Shown here one piece after another: positions 12,819-25,629 of a DNA stretch of 64,000 nucleotides (positions are counted from its first letter, which is position 1; the number at the start of each line of letters is the position of its first letter). Source of the DNA: Eledone cirrhosa (lineage: Eukaryota); NCBI GenBank assembly GCA_964016885.1, contig OZ024766.1, positions 6,820,001 through 6,884,000 on the forward strand, written 5' to 3'. Position numbers and translations under genes: made by a program. Below the pieces are notes generated by a model, which saw nothing but the letters and a program-made list of their open reading frames with translations, had not been told where the DNA came from and did no database searches.

Positions 12819-13399
12819 ATGGTGGCTGCCAACTCGTTTTCGAGTACGGCCACTACTTTATATCCATATAGGAGAACCCCTACCGATGCAGTGAACGAGT
12901 GTGACCTTTTAGTCCAGCCAGCGACTTGAAAACTCTGGTACAAACACTACACTTGTGACAAATATTGACACAGTGCTGGGGCCATGGTACCATGTGATGA
13001 CAAGTGCAGAGAGATCTCCAGATATAAAGCAATGCCTGTGCCGTGAGGCTTTTATAGTGAGCAAAGGCACTGCACAAAGCCAGTCCCACTCTCTTAACCA
13101 AGATGATATTTACCAAAAGAAGAACAAGTCAACATCATTGGATACCATCAGGGTTGCAGGTGTTATATCAGAGTTTCCTTCTCCTAGAATTCTGCCTTGA
13201 CAAAGACTAAGGGGTCATCTCTCCCGGTGATTTTGGATGGCCATTGACTCTTAAGAGCTCCTTTGCCCTTTGACAGGTCTTGTTTTTAGTCCTGCAGGAG
13301 GTCCAAAGTCACCCGCCTCACCAAGAAACCTTGGGGGGGTTGCCAGGTTAGTCGCCAACGACCCGACCATGGGACAGGTTGTACTGGGATACATGTTAC
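12819..13399 (-). mobile_element. Non-autonomous RTE-derived element, family Q, apparently full length (~580 bp)
   Basis: The minus strand carries an RTE 5'UTR-like CTAGGAGAAGGAAACTCTGAT block, then [25 protein letters not shown] and a short 3'UTR ending CAGCCACCAT. Confidence 0.8.
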
Positions 13400-13459
13400 C
13401 AGTAGCACCAACGGTGACCTGACATAATATACACATGCAAGCACACATTGCGTCACTGT

Positions 13460-16400
13460 CCCTCCCTCTCTTCTCTCTCTCTCTCTGTCTCTCTTCCCTC
13501 TCTCCCTCCTTCCCTCTCTCTCCCTCCTCCCCCCCTCCCCTCATTATTTCCCCTCCCCTCCCTCTTCTCTCCCTCCCATCCCTCTCTCCCTCCCTTCCCT
13601 CTCTCCCTCACATCTCTCCCTCCCTCCCTCCCTCTCACCTCCTCCCCTCCCTCCCTCTCTCCCTCCCTCCCTTTCTCTCCCTCTCACTTTCTCTCCCTCT
13701 CACTTTTCTCCCTTTCTCTCCCTCCCTCCCTTTATCTCCTCTCCCCACTCTCTTTCACCCTCACCCCCTCCATCTCTCCATGTCTCCCTCCCTCCCTCCC
13801 TCCCTCTCTCTCCCCCACTCCCCCGATCCATCCCCCCCCCCTCACCCGCCCACTCTTTCCCTTCGCCCCCCCCCTCCCTCCATCCCTCTCTCTCTCCCCT
13901 CCTTCCTTCCCTCCTTCCCTCCTTCCTTCCCTCCCTCCCTCCTTCCATCCCTCCTTCCTTCCCTCCCTCCCTCCTTCCCTCCCTCCCTTCCTTCCTCTCT
14001 CTCTCTCTCTCTCCCTCCCTCTCTCTCTTCCCTCCTTCCCTTCCTATATCTCCCCCCTTCCCTCTCCATCCATCCCTCCCTCCCTCCTCCCTCCCTCCCC
14101 TCCCTCCCTCCCTCTCTCCCTCCCTCCTCCATTCCTCCTCCCTCCCTCCATTCCTCCATCCCTCCCTCTATTCCTCCATCCCTCCCTCTATTCCTCCATC
14201 TCTCCCTCTATTCCTCCATCCCTCCCTCTCTCTTCCTCCCTCCCTCCTTCCCTCTTCCCCTCCTCTCTCTCTTCCTCACTCTTTCCTTCCCTCTCCCTTC
14301 CTCCCCCCCCTCACTCTCCCCCCATTCCACCCCCCCATCCCTTCCTCCACCCTGCCTCCCTTTCTCCCTTCCTCCCTCCCACCCTCCCCTCCCTCGTTTC
14401 TCCCTCTCACCATCCCTCGCTCCCTCCATCCTTCCCTCTCTCTCCTCTTTCCCTCCTCTCTCTCTTTCCCTTCCTCTCTCTCTCCCTTCCTCCCTCCCTC
14501 CTCCATCCTCCCTCCTTCCCTCCTTCCTTCCCTCCTTCCTTCCCTCCTTCCTTCCCTCCTTCCTTCCCTCCTTCTTCCTCCTCCCCTCCTCCCCTCCTCC
14601 CTCCATCCCTCCTCCCTTCCCTCATCCCCTTCCATCCCTCCTTCCATCCCTCCTTCCATCCCTCCTTCCATCCCTCCTTCCATCCCTCCTCCTTCCGATC
14701 CCTCCTTCCATCCCTCCTCCCACCATACATCCGATCCCTCCCTCCCTCCTCCCCTCTCTCTTTCTCTCCCTCTCTTTCTCTCTCCCTCCCTACCTCCTTC
14801 CCGTCCTCTCTCCCACTCTCTCTCTCCCTCCAATCCCTCCCCTCCCTCCCCCTCCCTCTCTCTTCCTCCCTCCCTCCTCCCTCTCTTCTCTCTCTCCCTC
14901 TCAACCCCTCTCTCTCTCTCCCTCTCTTTCTCTCCCTCCTTCCCTCCTTCTCTCCCTCTCTCCCTTCCTCTCTCCCTTCCTCCCCCTCTCTCTCCCTTCC
15001 TCTCTCCCTCTCTCTCCTTCCTCCCTCTCCCCCTTCTCTCCCCTCCTCCCTCCTTCTCTCTCTCACCCCTCCCTCTCTCACCCCTCCCTCCTTCCCTCCT
15101 TCCCCTCTCTCTCCCCTCCCTCCTTCCCCCTTCCCTCCCTCTCTCCCTCCTTCCCCCTTCCCTCCCTCTCTCCTCCCCTTCTCCCCCTTCCCTCCCTCTC
15201 TCTCCCTCTCTCCTTCCCTCCTCCTTCCTTCCCTCCCTCCCTTCCTTCCCTCCTCCTTCCTCCTACTTCCCCCTCCTTCCTCCTCCTCCTTCCCTCCTCC
15301 CTCCTTCCCTCCCTCCTTCCCTCCCTCCCTCCTTCCCTCCCTTCCCTCCTTCCCTCCCTCCTTCCCTCCCTCCTTCCCTCCCTCCTTCCTTTCCCTCCCT
15401 CCTTCCCTCCCTCCTTCCTTTCCCTCCTTCCTTCCCTCCCTACTTCCATCCCTCTCTCCCTCCTTCCCTTCCTATATCTCCCCCCCCTCCCTCCCTCCCT
15501 CCTCCATCCCTCCCTCCAGCCCTCCCTCCCTCTATTCCTCCTTCCCTCCCTCTATTCCTCCTTCCCTTCCTCTATTCCTCCTTCCCTCCCTCCTTCTCTC
15601 CCTCTCTCTTTCTCTCCTTCCCTCCCTCCTTCCTTCCCTTCCTCCTTCCCTTCCTCCTTCCTTCCTCCTTCCTTCCTCCTTCCTTCCTCCTTCCTTCCTC
15701 CTTCCTTCCTCCCTCCTTCCCTCCCTCCTTCCCTCCCTACTTCCCTCTCTCCTTCCCTCTCTTCCTTCCCTCCCTCCTTCTCTCTTCCTCTCTCTCCCTC
15801 TCTCCCTCTCTCTCTCCTCCCTCCTTCCCTCCCTCCTTCCTCCCTCCTTCCCTCCCTCCCTCCTTCCTTCCCTCTCCATCCGTCCCTCCCTTCCTCTCTC
15901 CTTCCTTCCTTCCTCCCCTCCCTCCCTCCCTCTCTCCTTCCCTCCCTCTCCATCCCTCCCTCTCTCCTTCCCCCCCTCTCCATCCCTCCCTCCTTCCATC
16001 CCTCTCTCCTTCTCTCCCTCTCTCTCCCTTCCTCTCCCTCTCCCCCCTCCTTCCTTCCCTCCTTCCTTCCTTCCTTCCCTCCTTCCTTCCTTCCCTCCTC
16101 CCTCCTTCCTTCCTCCTTCCTCCCTCCTTCCTTCCTCCTTCCCTCCCTCCTTCCTTCCCTCCCTCCTTCTTCATTCCGCCCCTCCCTCCCTCCTTCATTC
16201 CCTCCCTCCCTCCTTCATTCCCTCCCTCCTCTCTCTTCCTTCATTCCCTCTTTCTCTCCCCCTCTCATCCCTCCTTCCCTCTCTCTCTGCCCCTCCCTCT
16301 CTCCTTCCTTCCATCTCTCTCCCCCTCCCTCTCTCCTTCCTTCCCTCTCTCTCCCCCTCCCTCTCTCCTTCCCTCCTCTCCTTCCTCCTCTCTCTTCCTC

Positions 16401-19400
16401 CTTCCTTCCCTCAACCCTCCCTCCCTCCCTCCTTCCCTCCACCCTCCCTCCCTCTTTCCTTCCCTCCACCCTCCCTCCCTCTTTCCTTCCCTCCACCCTC
16501 GCTCCCTCCTTCCCTCCACCCTCCCTCCCTCCCTCCTTCCCTCCCTCCCTCCCTTCCACCCTCCCTCTTTTCCTCCTTCCCTTCCTCCCTCCCACCTCCC
16601 CTCCCTCTTTCTCCCTCTCACCATCCCTCGCTCCCTCCCTCCCTCTCCATCTCTCCCTTCCTCCCTCCCTCCCTCCCTCCCTCCTTCCTCCCTCCCTCCC
16701 TCCCTCCCTCCTTCCTTCCCTCCTCCTTGCTCCCTCCCTCCTTCCTTCCCTCCTCCTTGCTCCCTCCCTCCTCCTTCTTCCCTCCCTCCTTCCTCCCTCC
16801 ATCCTCCCTCCATCCTCCCTCCCTCCTTCCTCCCTCCATCCTCCCTCCATCCTCCCTCCATCCTCCCTCCCTCCCTCCTCCTCCCTCCCTCCCTCCTCCC
16901 TCCCTCCATCCTCCCTCCCTCCTTCCTCCCTCCATCCTTCCTCCCTCCATCCTCCATCCATCCTCCCTCCATCTCTCCCTCCCTCCATCTGTTTCTCCCC
17001 TCTCTCCTTCTTCCCTACTTCCCTCTCTCTCTCCCTCCCTCCCTCCCCTCTCCCTCCCTCTCCCTCCCTACCTCCATCCCTCCTTCCGTCCTCCATCCCT
17101 CCTTCCCGTCCTCCCTCCCGTCCTCCCTCCCGTCCTCCCTCCCGTCCTCCCTCCCGTCCTCCCTCCCTCTCTCTTTCTCTCTCCCTCCCTACCTCCATCC
17201 CTCCTTCCCGTCCTCCATCCCTCCTTCCCGTCCTCCCTCCCGTCCTCCCTCCCTCCCTCTCTCTCTCACTCCCTCCCTCTCTCCTCCCTCCCTCTCTCCC
17301 TCCCTCCCTCCCTCTCTCCCTCTCCCTCCCTCTCTCCTCTCCCTCCCCTCTCTCCCTCTCTCTCTCCCTCTCTCTTTCTCTCCCTCCCTCTCTCCCTCTC
17401 TCTTTCTCTCCCTCTTTCCCTTCCTCCTTCCCTCCCCTCCTTCCCTCTCTCCTTCTCCCCCCCCCCCCCTCTTCCTCCCTTCCTCTCCCCCTCCTCTCCT
17501 CCCTCTCTCTCCTTCCTTCCCTCTCCCTCCTTCCCTCCCCTTCCCTCCCTCCTTCCCTCTCCTTCCCTCCCTTCTTCCCTCCTTCCCTCCCTCCCTCCTT
17601 CCCTCCCTCCTTCCCTCCCTCCCTCCTTCCCTCCCTCCCTCCTTCCCTCCCTCCTTCCCTCCCTCCTTCCCTCCCTCCCTCCTTCCCCCCTCCCTCCCTC
17701 CCTCCTTCCCTCCCTCCTTCCCTCCCTCCCTCCTTCCCTCCTTCCCTCCTTTCCTCCCTCCTTCCCTCCTTTCCTCCTTTCCTCCCTCCTTTCCTCCCTC
17801 CTTTCCTCCCTCCTTTCCTCCTTCCCTCCCTCCCTCCTTCCCTCCTTCCCTCCCTCCCTCCCTCTCCCTCTCTCTCCCCCTCCCACACACTCACAGCTCG
17901 ATGTAGAATAAGATCTGACTGTTATTTCTAGCACATCTATCTATCAGGTTAAAAGCCAATGCGTTAATTTCCAAGGGAGATAATAAAATCAATAATCTTT
18001 GAGTTTCCTCCCTTCATATTTTATAATTGTGTTTAGTATATGTATGTACGTGTACATTATTTAAGTAACAGCCTCCTCTCTCCCTCCTTTCTTTCCTCCC
18101 TCTCTCCCTCCTTTCCTTCCCTCTCTCCCTCCTTTCCCTCCCTCTCTCCCTCCTTTCCCTTCCTCTCTCCCTCCCCTCCCTCCCTCCTCCCTCCCCTCCC
18201 TCCCTCCTTCCTTCCTTCCTTCCTACCCTCTCTCCCTCCTTCCTTCCTATATCTCCCCTTCCCTCTCTCCTTCCCCCTTCTCCCTCTCCCTCCTTCCCTT
18301 CCTATATCTCCCCCTTCCCTCTCTCCTTCCCCCTTCTCCCTCTCCCTCCTTCATTCCCGCCCTCCGCCCTCCCTCCTTCATTCTATCTCTCTCCCTTCCT
18401 TCTCTCTCCCTCCCCCTCTACATCCCTCTCTCCTTCCCTCCCTCTCTCCATCCCTTCCTCTCTCCCTCCCTCCCTCTCTCCCTCTCTCCATCCCTCCCTC
18501 TCTTCTTCCCTCCTTCCTTCCCTCCACCCTTCCCTCCATCCTTCCTCCCTCCATCCCTTCCTCCCTCATCCCTTCCTCCCTCCATCCCTTCCTCCCTCCA
18601 TCCCTTCCTCCCTCTCTTCCTTCCTTCCCTTCCTCCCTCCCACCTCCCCTTCCTATTTCTCCCTCTCACCCTCCCCTCCCTCTTTCTCCCTCTCACCCTC
18701 CCCTCCTCGCTCCCTCCATCCTTCCCTCTCTCTCCCTCTCTCTCCATCTCTCTCTTCCTCCCTCCCTCCTTCCCTCCTCCTTCCCTCCTCCTTCCCTCCT
18801 CCTTCCCTCCTCCTTCCCCCCTCCCTCCTTCCTCCCTCCTTCCTTCCTCCTTCCTTCCTCCTTCCTCCCTCCCTCCTTCTTCCTTCCTCCCTCCCTCCCT
18901 CCCTCCATCCTCCCTCCCTCCATCCTCCCTCCCTCCATCCTCCCTCCCTCCATCCTCCCTCCCTCCCTCCCTCCACCCTCCCTCCATCCTCCCTCCCTCC
19001 ATCCTCCCTCCATCTCTCCCTCCCTCTCTCTCCCTCTCTCTTTCTCTCTCCCTCCCTACCTCCATCCCTCCTTCCCGTCCTCCCTCCCTCTCACCCTCTC
19101 TCTCTCCCTCTCTCTCTCCCTCTCTCTCTCCCTCTCTCCCTCTCTCTCTCCCTCTCTCTCTCCCTCTCTCTTTCTCTCCCTCCTTCCCTCCTTCCCTCCC
19201 TCCTTCCCTCCTTCCCTCCCTCCTTCCCTCCCTCCTTCCCTCCTTCCCTCCCTCCTTCACTCCTTCACTCCCTCCTTCACTCCCTCCCTCCCTCCTTCCC
19301 TCCCTCCTTCCCTCCCTCCCTCCTTCCCTCCCTCCTTCCCTCCCTCCTTCCCTCCCTCCCTCCTTCCCTCCCTCCCTCCTTCCCTCCCTCCTTCCCTCCC

Positions 19401-19927
19401 TCCTTCCCTCCCTCCCCCCTTCCTTCCCTCCCTCCCCCCTTCCCTCCCTCCTTCCCTCCCTCCCTCCTTCCTTCCCTATCTCCTTCCCTCCCTCCCTCCT
19501 TCCTTCCCTATCTCCTTCCCTCTCTCCTTCCCTCTCTCCCTCCTCTCCCTCCTTCCCTCTCTCCCTCCTCTCCCTCCCTCGTCTCCCTCTCTCTCTCCCT
19601 TCCTCTCCCTCCCCCCCCCCCCCCCCCCTCTCTCTCCCTCCCTTCCTCTCCCTCTCCCCCTTCTCTCTCTCTCCCTCCCTTCCTCTCCCTCTCCCCCTTC
19701 TCTCTCTCCCCTCATTCCCTCTCTCCCTCCCTCCCTTCCCTCCCTCCTTCCCTCCCCTTCCCTCCCTCCTTCCCTCTCTACCTCCTTCCCTCCTTCCCTC
19801 CCTCCTTCCCTCCCTCCTTCCCTCCCTCCCTCCCTCCTTCCTTCCCTCCCTCCCTCCTTCCTTCCTTCCCTCCCTCCCTCCTTCCCTTCCTCCTTCCCTC
19901 CCTCCCTCTCCCTCTCTCTCCCCCTCC
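13460..19927. repeat. Two very long polypyrimidine (CCCT/CT) tracts, 13460-17882 and 18073-19927
   Basis: Almost exclusively C/T on the + strand. Each tract is followed by the same ~190-230-bp sequence (17882-18073, 19927-20154). Confidence 0.95.
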
Positions 19928-20196
19928 CACACACTCACAGCTCGATGTAGAATAAGATCTGACTGCTATTTCTAGCACATCTAGCTATCAGGTTAAAAGC
20001 CAACGCGTTAATTTCCAAGGGAGATAATAAAATCAATAATCTTTGAGTTTCTTCCCTTGATATTTTCCATTAAAAAATCATATTTTATAATTGTGTTTAG
20101 TATATATATATATATATATGTAGTACGTGTACATACTTATATTTAAGTAACAGCCGTACTAAGAGTGGGAAATGAAATTTCGTTTCATTTTTTCCG

Positions 20197-20230
<34 letters not shown>

Positions 20231-20246
20231 TATATCTATATATATA

Positions 20247-20594
20247 TACAATATTAAATAAATGGAAACTATATTTATAAAACCATATTTATTTCATTAT
20301 ATATATTTCAGGGATATGCTATGCCTTCCTCAGACAAAATACAATATAAACAGTTTTATAGATAAATAGATTCGACATACCGTAACAACGTCGACTTGCA
20401 TTTGAAGAGGTTGATTTGACTGCCAAATCAACCTCTTCAAATGCAAGTCGACGTTGTTACGGTATGTCGAATCTATTTATCTATAAAACTGTTTATATTG
20501 TATTTTGTCTGAGGAAGGCATAGCATATTGTTAATATGATATAATGAAATAAATATGGTTTTATAAATATAGTTTCCAATTATTTAATATTGTA
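20247..20594. repeat. Long palindrome (perfect 105-bp inner arms, 5-nt loop) with degenerate hammerhead-like motifs in its arms
   Basis: 20314-20418 is the reverse complement of 20424-20528, and the outer arms extend to about 20247/20594. The minus strand of the left arm reads CTGAGGA-AGG..CCT-GAAA. A copy lies at 53036-53382. Confidence 0.9.
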
Positions 20595-20872
20595 AATATA
20601 CTCCAAATATTTGTCGAGTGCTTTTATATCAGTTATAAATATTTACTAGTTGTAACCCAACAATTTTAAATATAACTTTCCATATATATATATATATGTC
20701 TTATTCGGATGCGTTCAATGCTTTCCTATGAGTATTGTTTGTTGGATGTAACTGTGATTGCTTGATTTCAACTTCGCGTAGATGCTAGAAAGAGCAGCTA
20801 ATTCCCTGAACTAACGAGGGTTGAGTTGGCCTCATACACGCTATCTAGGGTGTTTTAATGATACAAAGATAG

Positions 20873-20924
<52 letters not shown>

Positions 20925-21058
20925 ATACTTTGGGAGGGTCATGTTGCCAATAAGAAACACACGCACCAGTTGCTTTCACTTCAATTTATTATATATTTAT
21001 AAACTTATAAATTTCTGGTTGGTTGGTTGGTTCCACAACCAGATAGTTGTTTATATAT

Positions 21059-21103
21059 AGTCATAGTCCTTTCGTCACACACTCTGTGACCTCTTCAGTG
21101 ACT
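21059..21103 (-). ncRNA. Type I hammerhead ribozyme motif
   Basis: Minus strand AGTCA-CTGAAGA-G-GTCACA GAGTG TGTGAC-GAAA-GGACTA-TGACT: 5-bp stem I, 6-bp stem II, CUA triplet. A copy lies at 53891-53935. Confidence 0.78.
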
Positions 21104-21305
21104 GGGGATTCCTTTCTTTGTTTCTGTGCCTTTCCTTTCTTCTGTCCTACGCCATTTTGTTTCTGTATATATATATATATAAACAGATATGATTCCAGTT
21201 CCTCAGAGAAATAACAACACAACCAGGAGCTGGACATGTCGATGTATTGACGGAGTAAAACACATTTCAACAACATGTGTACTTCTGTTTCCCACACCAA
21301 TTCGG

Positions 21306-21353
21306 ACTGCCTGAAGAGGTCACAGCCAATGATGGCTGTCACCGAAGTATAGC
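21306..21353 (+). ncRNA. Degenerate hammerhead motif (GAAG in place of GAAA)
   Basis: ACTGC-CTGAAGA-GGTCACAGCCA ATGA TGGCTGTCACC-GAAG-TATA-GC. It is the same family as 47685-47742, and a copy lies at 54139-54185. Confidence 0.55.
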
Positions 21354-21405
21354 TATATATATAATACATAAGTCACTTATTTCTGCCCAGTCACTCACTC
21401 CCAGG

Positions 21406-21442
<37 letters not shown>

Positions 21443-21675
21443 TAGCCTGGGAGTGAGTGACCTATGTATTATATATATAGTTATACTTGGGGAGGGTCAT
21501 ATTGTTGTAATAATATTGCCAGAAATAATCACAGAACACACTCACTGTTTCGTTGGTTTTTGCTTCTGTATCTTTTATATCTCCACAGTTAATTCATTCG
21601 GTCCTCAATGTTTACCATTGACTGACCAACGGTCAAAAATACAGATATAATATAGATATAAACACATATATATTA

Positions 21676-21715
21676 ACAAAGTTCTTTCGTTGCACATCTG
21701 CAACATCGTCAGTGG
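21676..21715 (-). ncRNA. Type I hammerhead ribozyme motif
   Basis: Minus strand CCA-CTGACGA-T-GTTGCA GATG TGCAAC-GAAA-GAACTT-TG: perfect 6-bp stem II, weak stem I. A copy lies at 54501-54543. Confidence 0.65.
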
Positions 21716-21763
21716 TGGTATTATGTTTCCTCCTCAATATGTATTGTATATATATATATACAC

Positions 21764-21809
<46 letters not shown>

Positions 21810-22200
21810 CTATCATCATCATCATCGTTTAACGTCCATCTTCCACGCTTGTATGAGTTTGGACGGGCGTTTTCCCGCTTACTTACCCGCTTAAAGTGTT
21901 TGTATTACATGTAACACCCTGCCACACAGTAATCATATATAAATGAGACACACTTGCATGCCCCACGTGTAACTAACGCATACACTAACTACTACATCTG
22001 ACTAACAAACTATCCTCTTGCATTATCTGTGTTAACTGCCGAATGTATTTTAATTTTGATATTGATTTTGAATTTGAATTGCTATACAGAAATAATATAG
22101 TATAATATATGTCAGCCCACTGTACATCAATATATACATATGTATCTGTATGTCTCTTGCGTTGGGTAGGAGGTCAATTATGTGTACAAACATTGAAAAA

Positions 22201-22250
22201 TGCTCTGAAGATTCCAACAAGCCTTGGTTTGGATGAAACAATTGTAAGTG
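22201..22250 (+). ncRNA. Type I hammerhead ribozyme motif
   Basis: TGCT-CTGAAGA-T TCCAA...TTGGA T-GAAA-CAATTGTA-AGTG followed by AATAAA; palindromic stem III ACAATTGT and GUA triplet. A copy lies at 55034-55083. Confidence 0.72.
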
Positions 22251-22322
22251 AATAAATGCTTTGAACATAGCTTTGATTCTTGTGAATTCTATATGTATAT
22301 ATATATATATATATACATATAT

Positions 22323-22371
<49 letters not shown>

Positions 22372-22424
22372 CATCATCATTGCCATTCTAACAGCTGCTT
22401 TCCCTGCTATATATATATATATAG

Positions 22425-22456
<32 letters not shown>

Positions 22457-22559
22457 GTGTGTGTATGTATGTATATTATATACACCCTCTCATTGTGACT
22501 AAGCTGAAATCACTACTGAAATGTCATTAGTATTTAATTGTCACAGTATCAAGTGTCTG

Positions 22560-23873
22560 AGGGGGGTGGGGGTAGTAATAATGATAGTGGTGGTGAGGAT
22601 GAGGTTGTGGTGGTGGTGAGTGTAGTAATGGTGGTGGTGATGGTAGTGGTGGTGGTGATGGTGGTGATAGCAAATTGTGGTTGTGGTGGTAATGATGTTG
22701 GTGATAGTGAAGATGGTGGTGATGTGGCGGTGGTGGTGGTGATGATGATAATAGCAATGGTGGTGGTGGTGTTGTGGTGTAGTGGTGGTGATGGTAGTGG
22801 TGGTGGTGGTGTCGTCACTGGTGATGGTGGTGGTGTGGTGTAGTGGTGGTGGTGGTGTCGTCACTGGTGATGGTGATGATGGTGGTGGTGGTGTCGTCAC
22901 TGGTGATGGTGGTGGTGTGGTGTAGTGGTGGTGGTGGTTGTGGTGGTGGTGGTGTTGTCACTGGTGATGGTGATGGTGGTGGTGGTGGTGTCGTCACTGG
23001 TGATGGTGGTGGTGTGGTGTGGTGTAGTGGTGGTGGTGGTGATGATAATAGCAATGGTGGTGGTGTGGTGTGGTGTAGTGGTGGTGGTGGTGGTGGTGTC
23101 GTCACTGGTGGTGGTGTGGTGTAGTGGTGATGGTGGTTGTGGTGGTGGTGTCGTCACTGGTGATGGTGATGATGGTGGTGGTGATGGTAGTGGTGGTGGT
23201 GGTGGTGGTGGTGTGGTGTAGTGGTGGTGGTGATGATGATAAGAACAATGGTGGTGGTGGGAGGTAAAAGGGGTGGGGATGTGACCCCTTTAAAGGGGAA
23301 CAATTGAATCTGGTTTACTGACACACCCATCACCCTGAAACATGAATCTTACCATCTTATATATACACCCACCATATATATACACTGTAATATATATATA
23401 TAGTGTGTATATATATATTACTATATATACATATATATACACTGTCTTATATGATATATATATATAGTGTGTATATATATATACTATATATACATATATA
23501 TACACTGTCTTATATTATATATATATATAGTGTGTATATATATATACACCCACCATATATATACACTGTCATATATACACTATATATATATATATACACT
23601 ATATATATATATATACTATATATACATATATATACACTGTCTTATAGTGTATATATATATATATATACACCCACTATATATACTGTCTTATATATATATA
23701 TATATACACCACTGTCTTATATATATATAGAGAGAGAGAGAGATTATATATATAGTATATATATATATATATATAGTATATATATATATATATATATAGT
23801 ATATATATATATACTATATATATATAGTATATATATATACTATATATATATATATATATATAGTATATATATA

Positions 23874-23907
<34 letters not shown>

Positions 23908-24100
23908 TATATATATAGTATATATATATAGTATATATATATAGTATATATATATAGTATATATATATAGTATATATATATACTATATATATATAGTATA
24001 TATATATAGTATATATATATAGTATATATATATACTATATATATATAGTATATATATATACTATATATATATAGTATATATATATATATATATATATATA

Positions 24101-24142
<42 letters not shown>

Positions 24143-24500
24143 TATATATATATATATATAGTATATATATATATATATAGTATATATATATATATATAGT
24201 AATATATATATATATATATATAGTATATATATATATATATATAGTATATATATATATATATATATATATAGTATATATATATATATAGTATATAGTATAT
24301 ATATATATATATATAGTATATATATATATCTAGTGTGTATATATATATATCTAGTGTGTATATATATATATAGTGTGTGTGTATGTGGTAGGTAGGCCTA
24401 ATAGAAATAGTAGCAGCCAAAACTCCCTCAAATCCTACTCTACAGTCCTGTATATATATATATAGTGTGTATATAGTGTATATATATATATATATATACA
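22560..24500. repeat. (GGT/GAT)n followed by (TA)n/(TATAG)n microsatellites
   Basis: Read directly from the sequence. Confidence 0.9.
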
Positions 24501-24610
24501 CCATCATACACACCACCGCCACTACCACCACCGCCATCCCCATCCACCCTAAACTTCTTGAGGCAATTTCTTTTAAACTTTCAAAAACTATCCCACGCTA
24601 CTGTTGATCT

Positions 24611-24656
<46 letters not shown>

Positions 24657-24732
24657 AGTGTGTCTATGTCTAAGTATGGGTGTGTCATGCACACACACAC
24701 ACTCACACGATAGCAACTATATATATATATAT

Positions 24733-25312
24733 ATGGTGGCTGCCAACTCGTTTTCGAGTACGGCCACTACTCTATATCCATGTAGGAGAACCCCTACCGA
24801 TGCGCTGAACGAGTGTGACTTTTTAGTCCAGCCAGCAACTTGAAAACTCTGGTACAAACACTACACTTGTGACAATTATTGACACATAGTGCTGGGCCCA
24901 TGGTACCATGTGAGGACAAGTGCAGAGAGATCTCCAGATATAAAGCAATGCCTGTGCCGTGAAGCTTTTATAGTGAGCAAAGGCACTGCACAAAGCCAGT
25001 CCCACTCCCACTCTCTTAACCAAGATGATATTTACCAAAAAGAAGAACAAGTCAACATCATTGGATACCATCAGGGTTGCAGGTGTTATATCAGAGTTTT
25101 CCTTCTCCTAGAATTCTGCCTTGACAAAGGCTAAGGGGTCATCTCTCCCGGTGATTTTGGATGGCCATTGACTCTTAAGAGCTCCTTTGCCCTTTGACAG
25201 GTTTTGTTTTTAGTCCTGCAGGATGTCCAAAGTCACCCTCCTCACCAAGAAACCTTGGTGGGGTTGCCAGTTTAGTCGCCAACGACCCAGGTTGTACTGG
25301 GATATATGTTAC
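24733..25312 (-). mobile_element. Non-autonomous RTE-derived element, family Q
   Basis: The minus strand encodes [26 protein letters not shown] counterpart lies at 57229-57818. Confidence 0.8.
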
Positions 25313-25629
25313 ATATATATGATGGCTGCCCCCTCGTTATCGAGTATGGCCATTGCACGAGGAGAAAGAAAGAAAAAAATAATAATAATAATAAATAAAT
25401 AATAAAAAAAGGAAATATATATATATATACACATACACACACACACATACACATATATACATACATACATACACACACACATACATATATGTGTGTATGT
25501 ATATATAAAAATGATGTGCGTATGAGTCACTGATGTAGACCTGTACATGGTAGCTAGACCTGCTAGAAATAGCAGCCAAATCTCCCTCAAGTCACACTAC
25601 AATGAAATGAATGGTGGGTTGGTAGAGTG

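Noticed and set aside
12880-12960. Host C2H2 zinc-finger gene
   Set aside because: It is a single finger at the 3' end of a multi-copy retroelement with frameshifts, and has no TGEKP linkers or exon structure.
13435-19978. Very long Pro/Ser/Leu- and Gly/Arg/Glu-rich ORFs (up to 1498 aa)
   Set aside because: They are translations of C/T tracts that cannot contain stop codons, are open in several frames, and show no domain.
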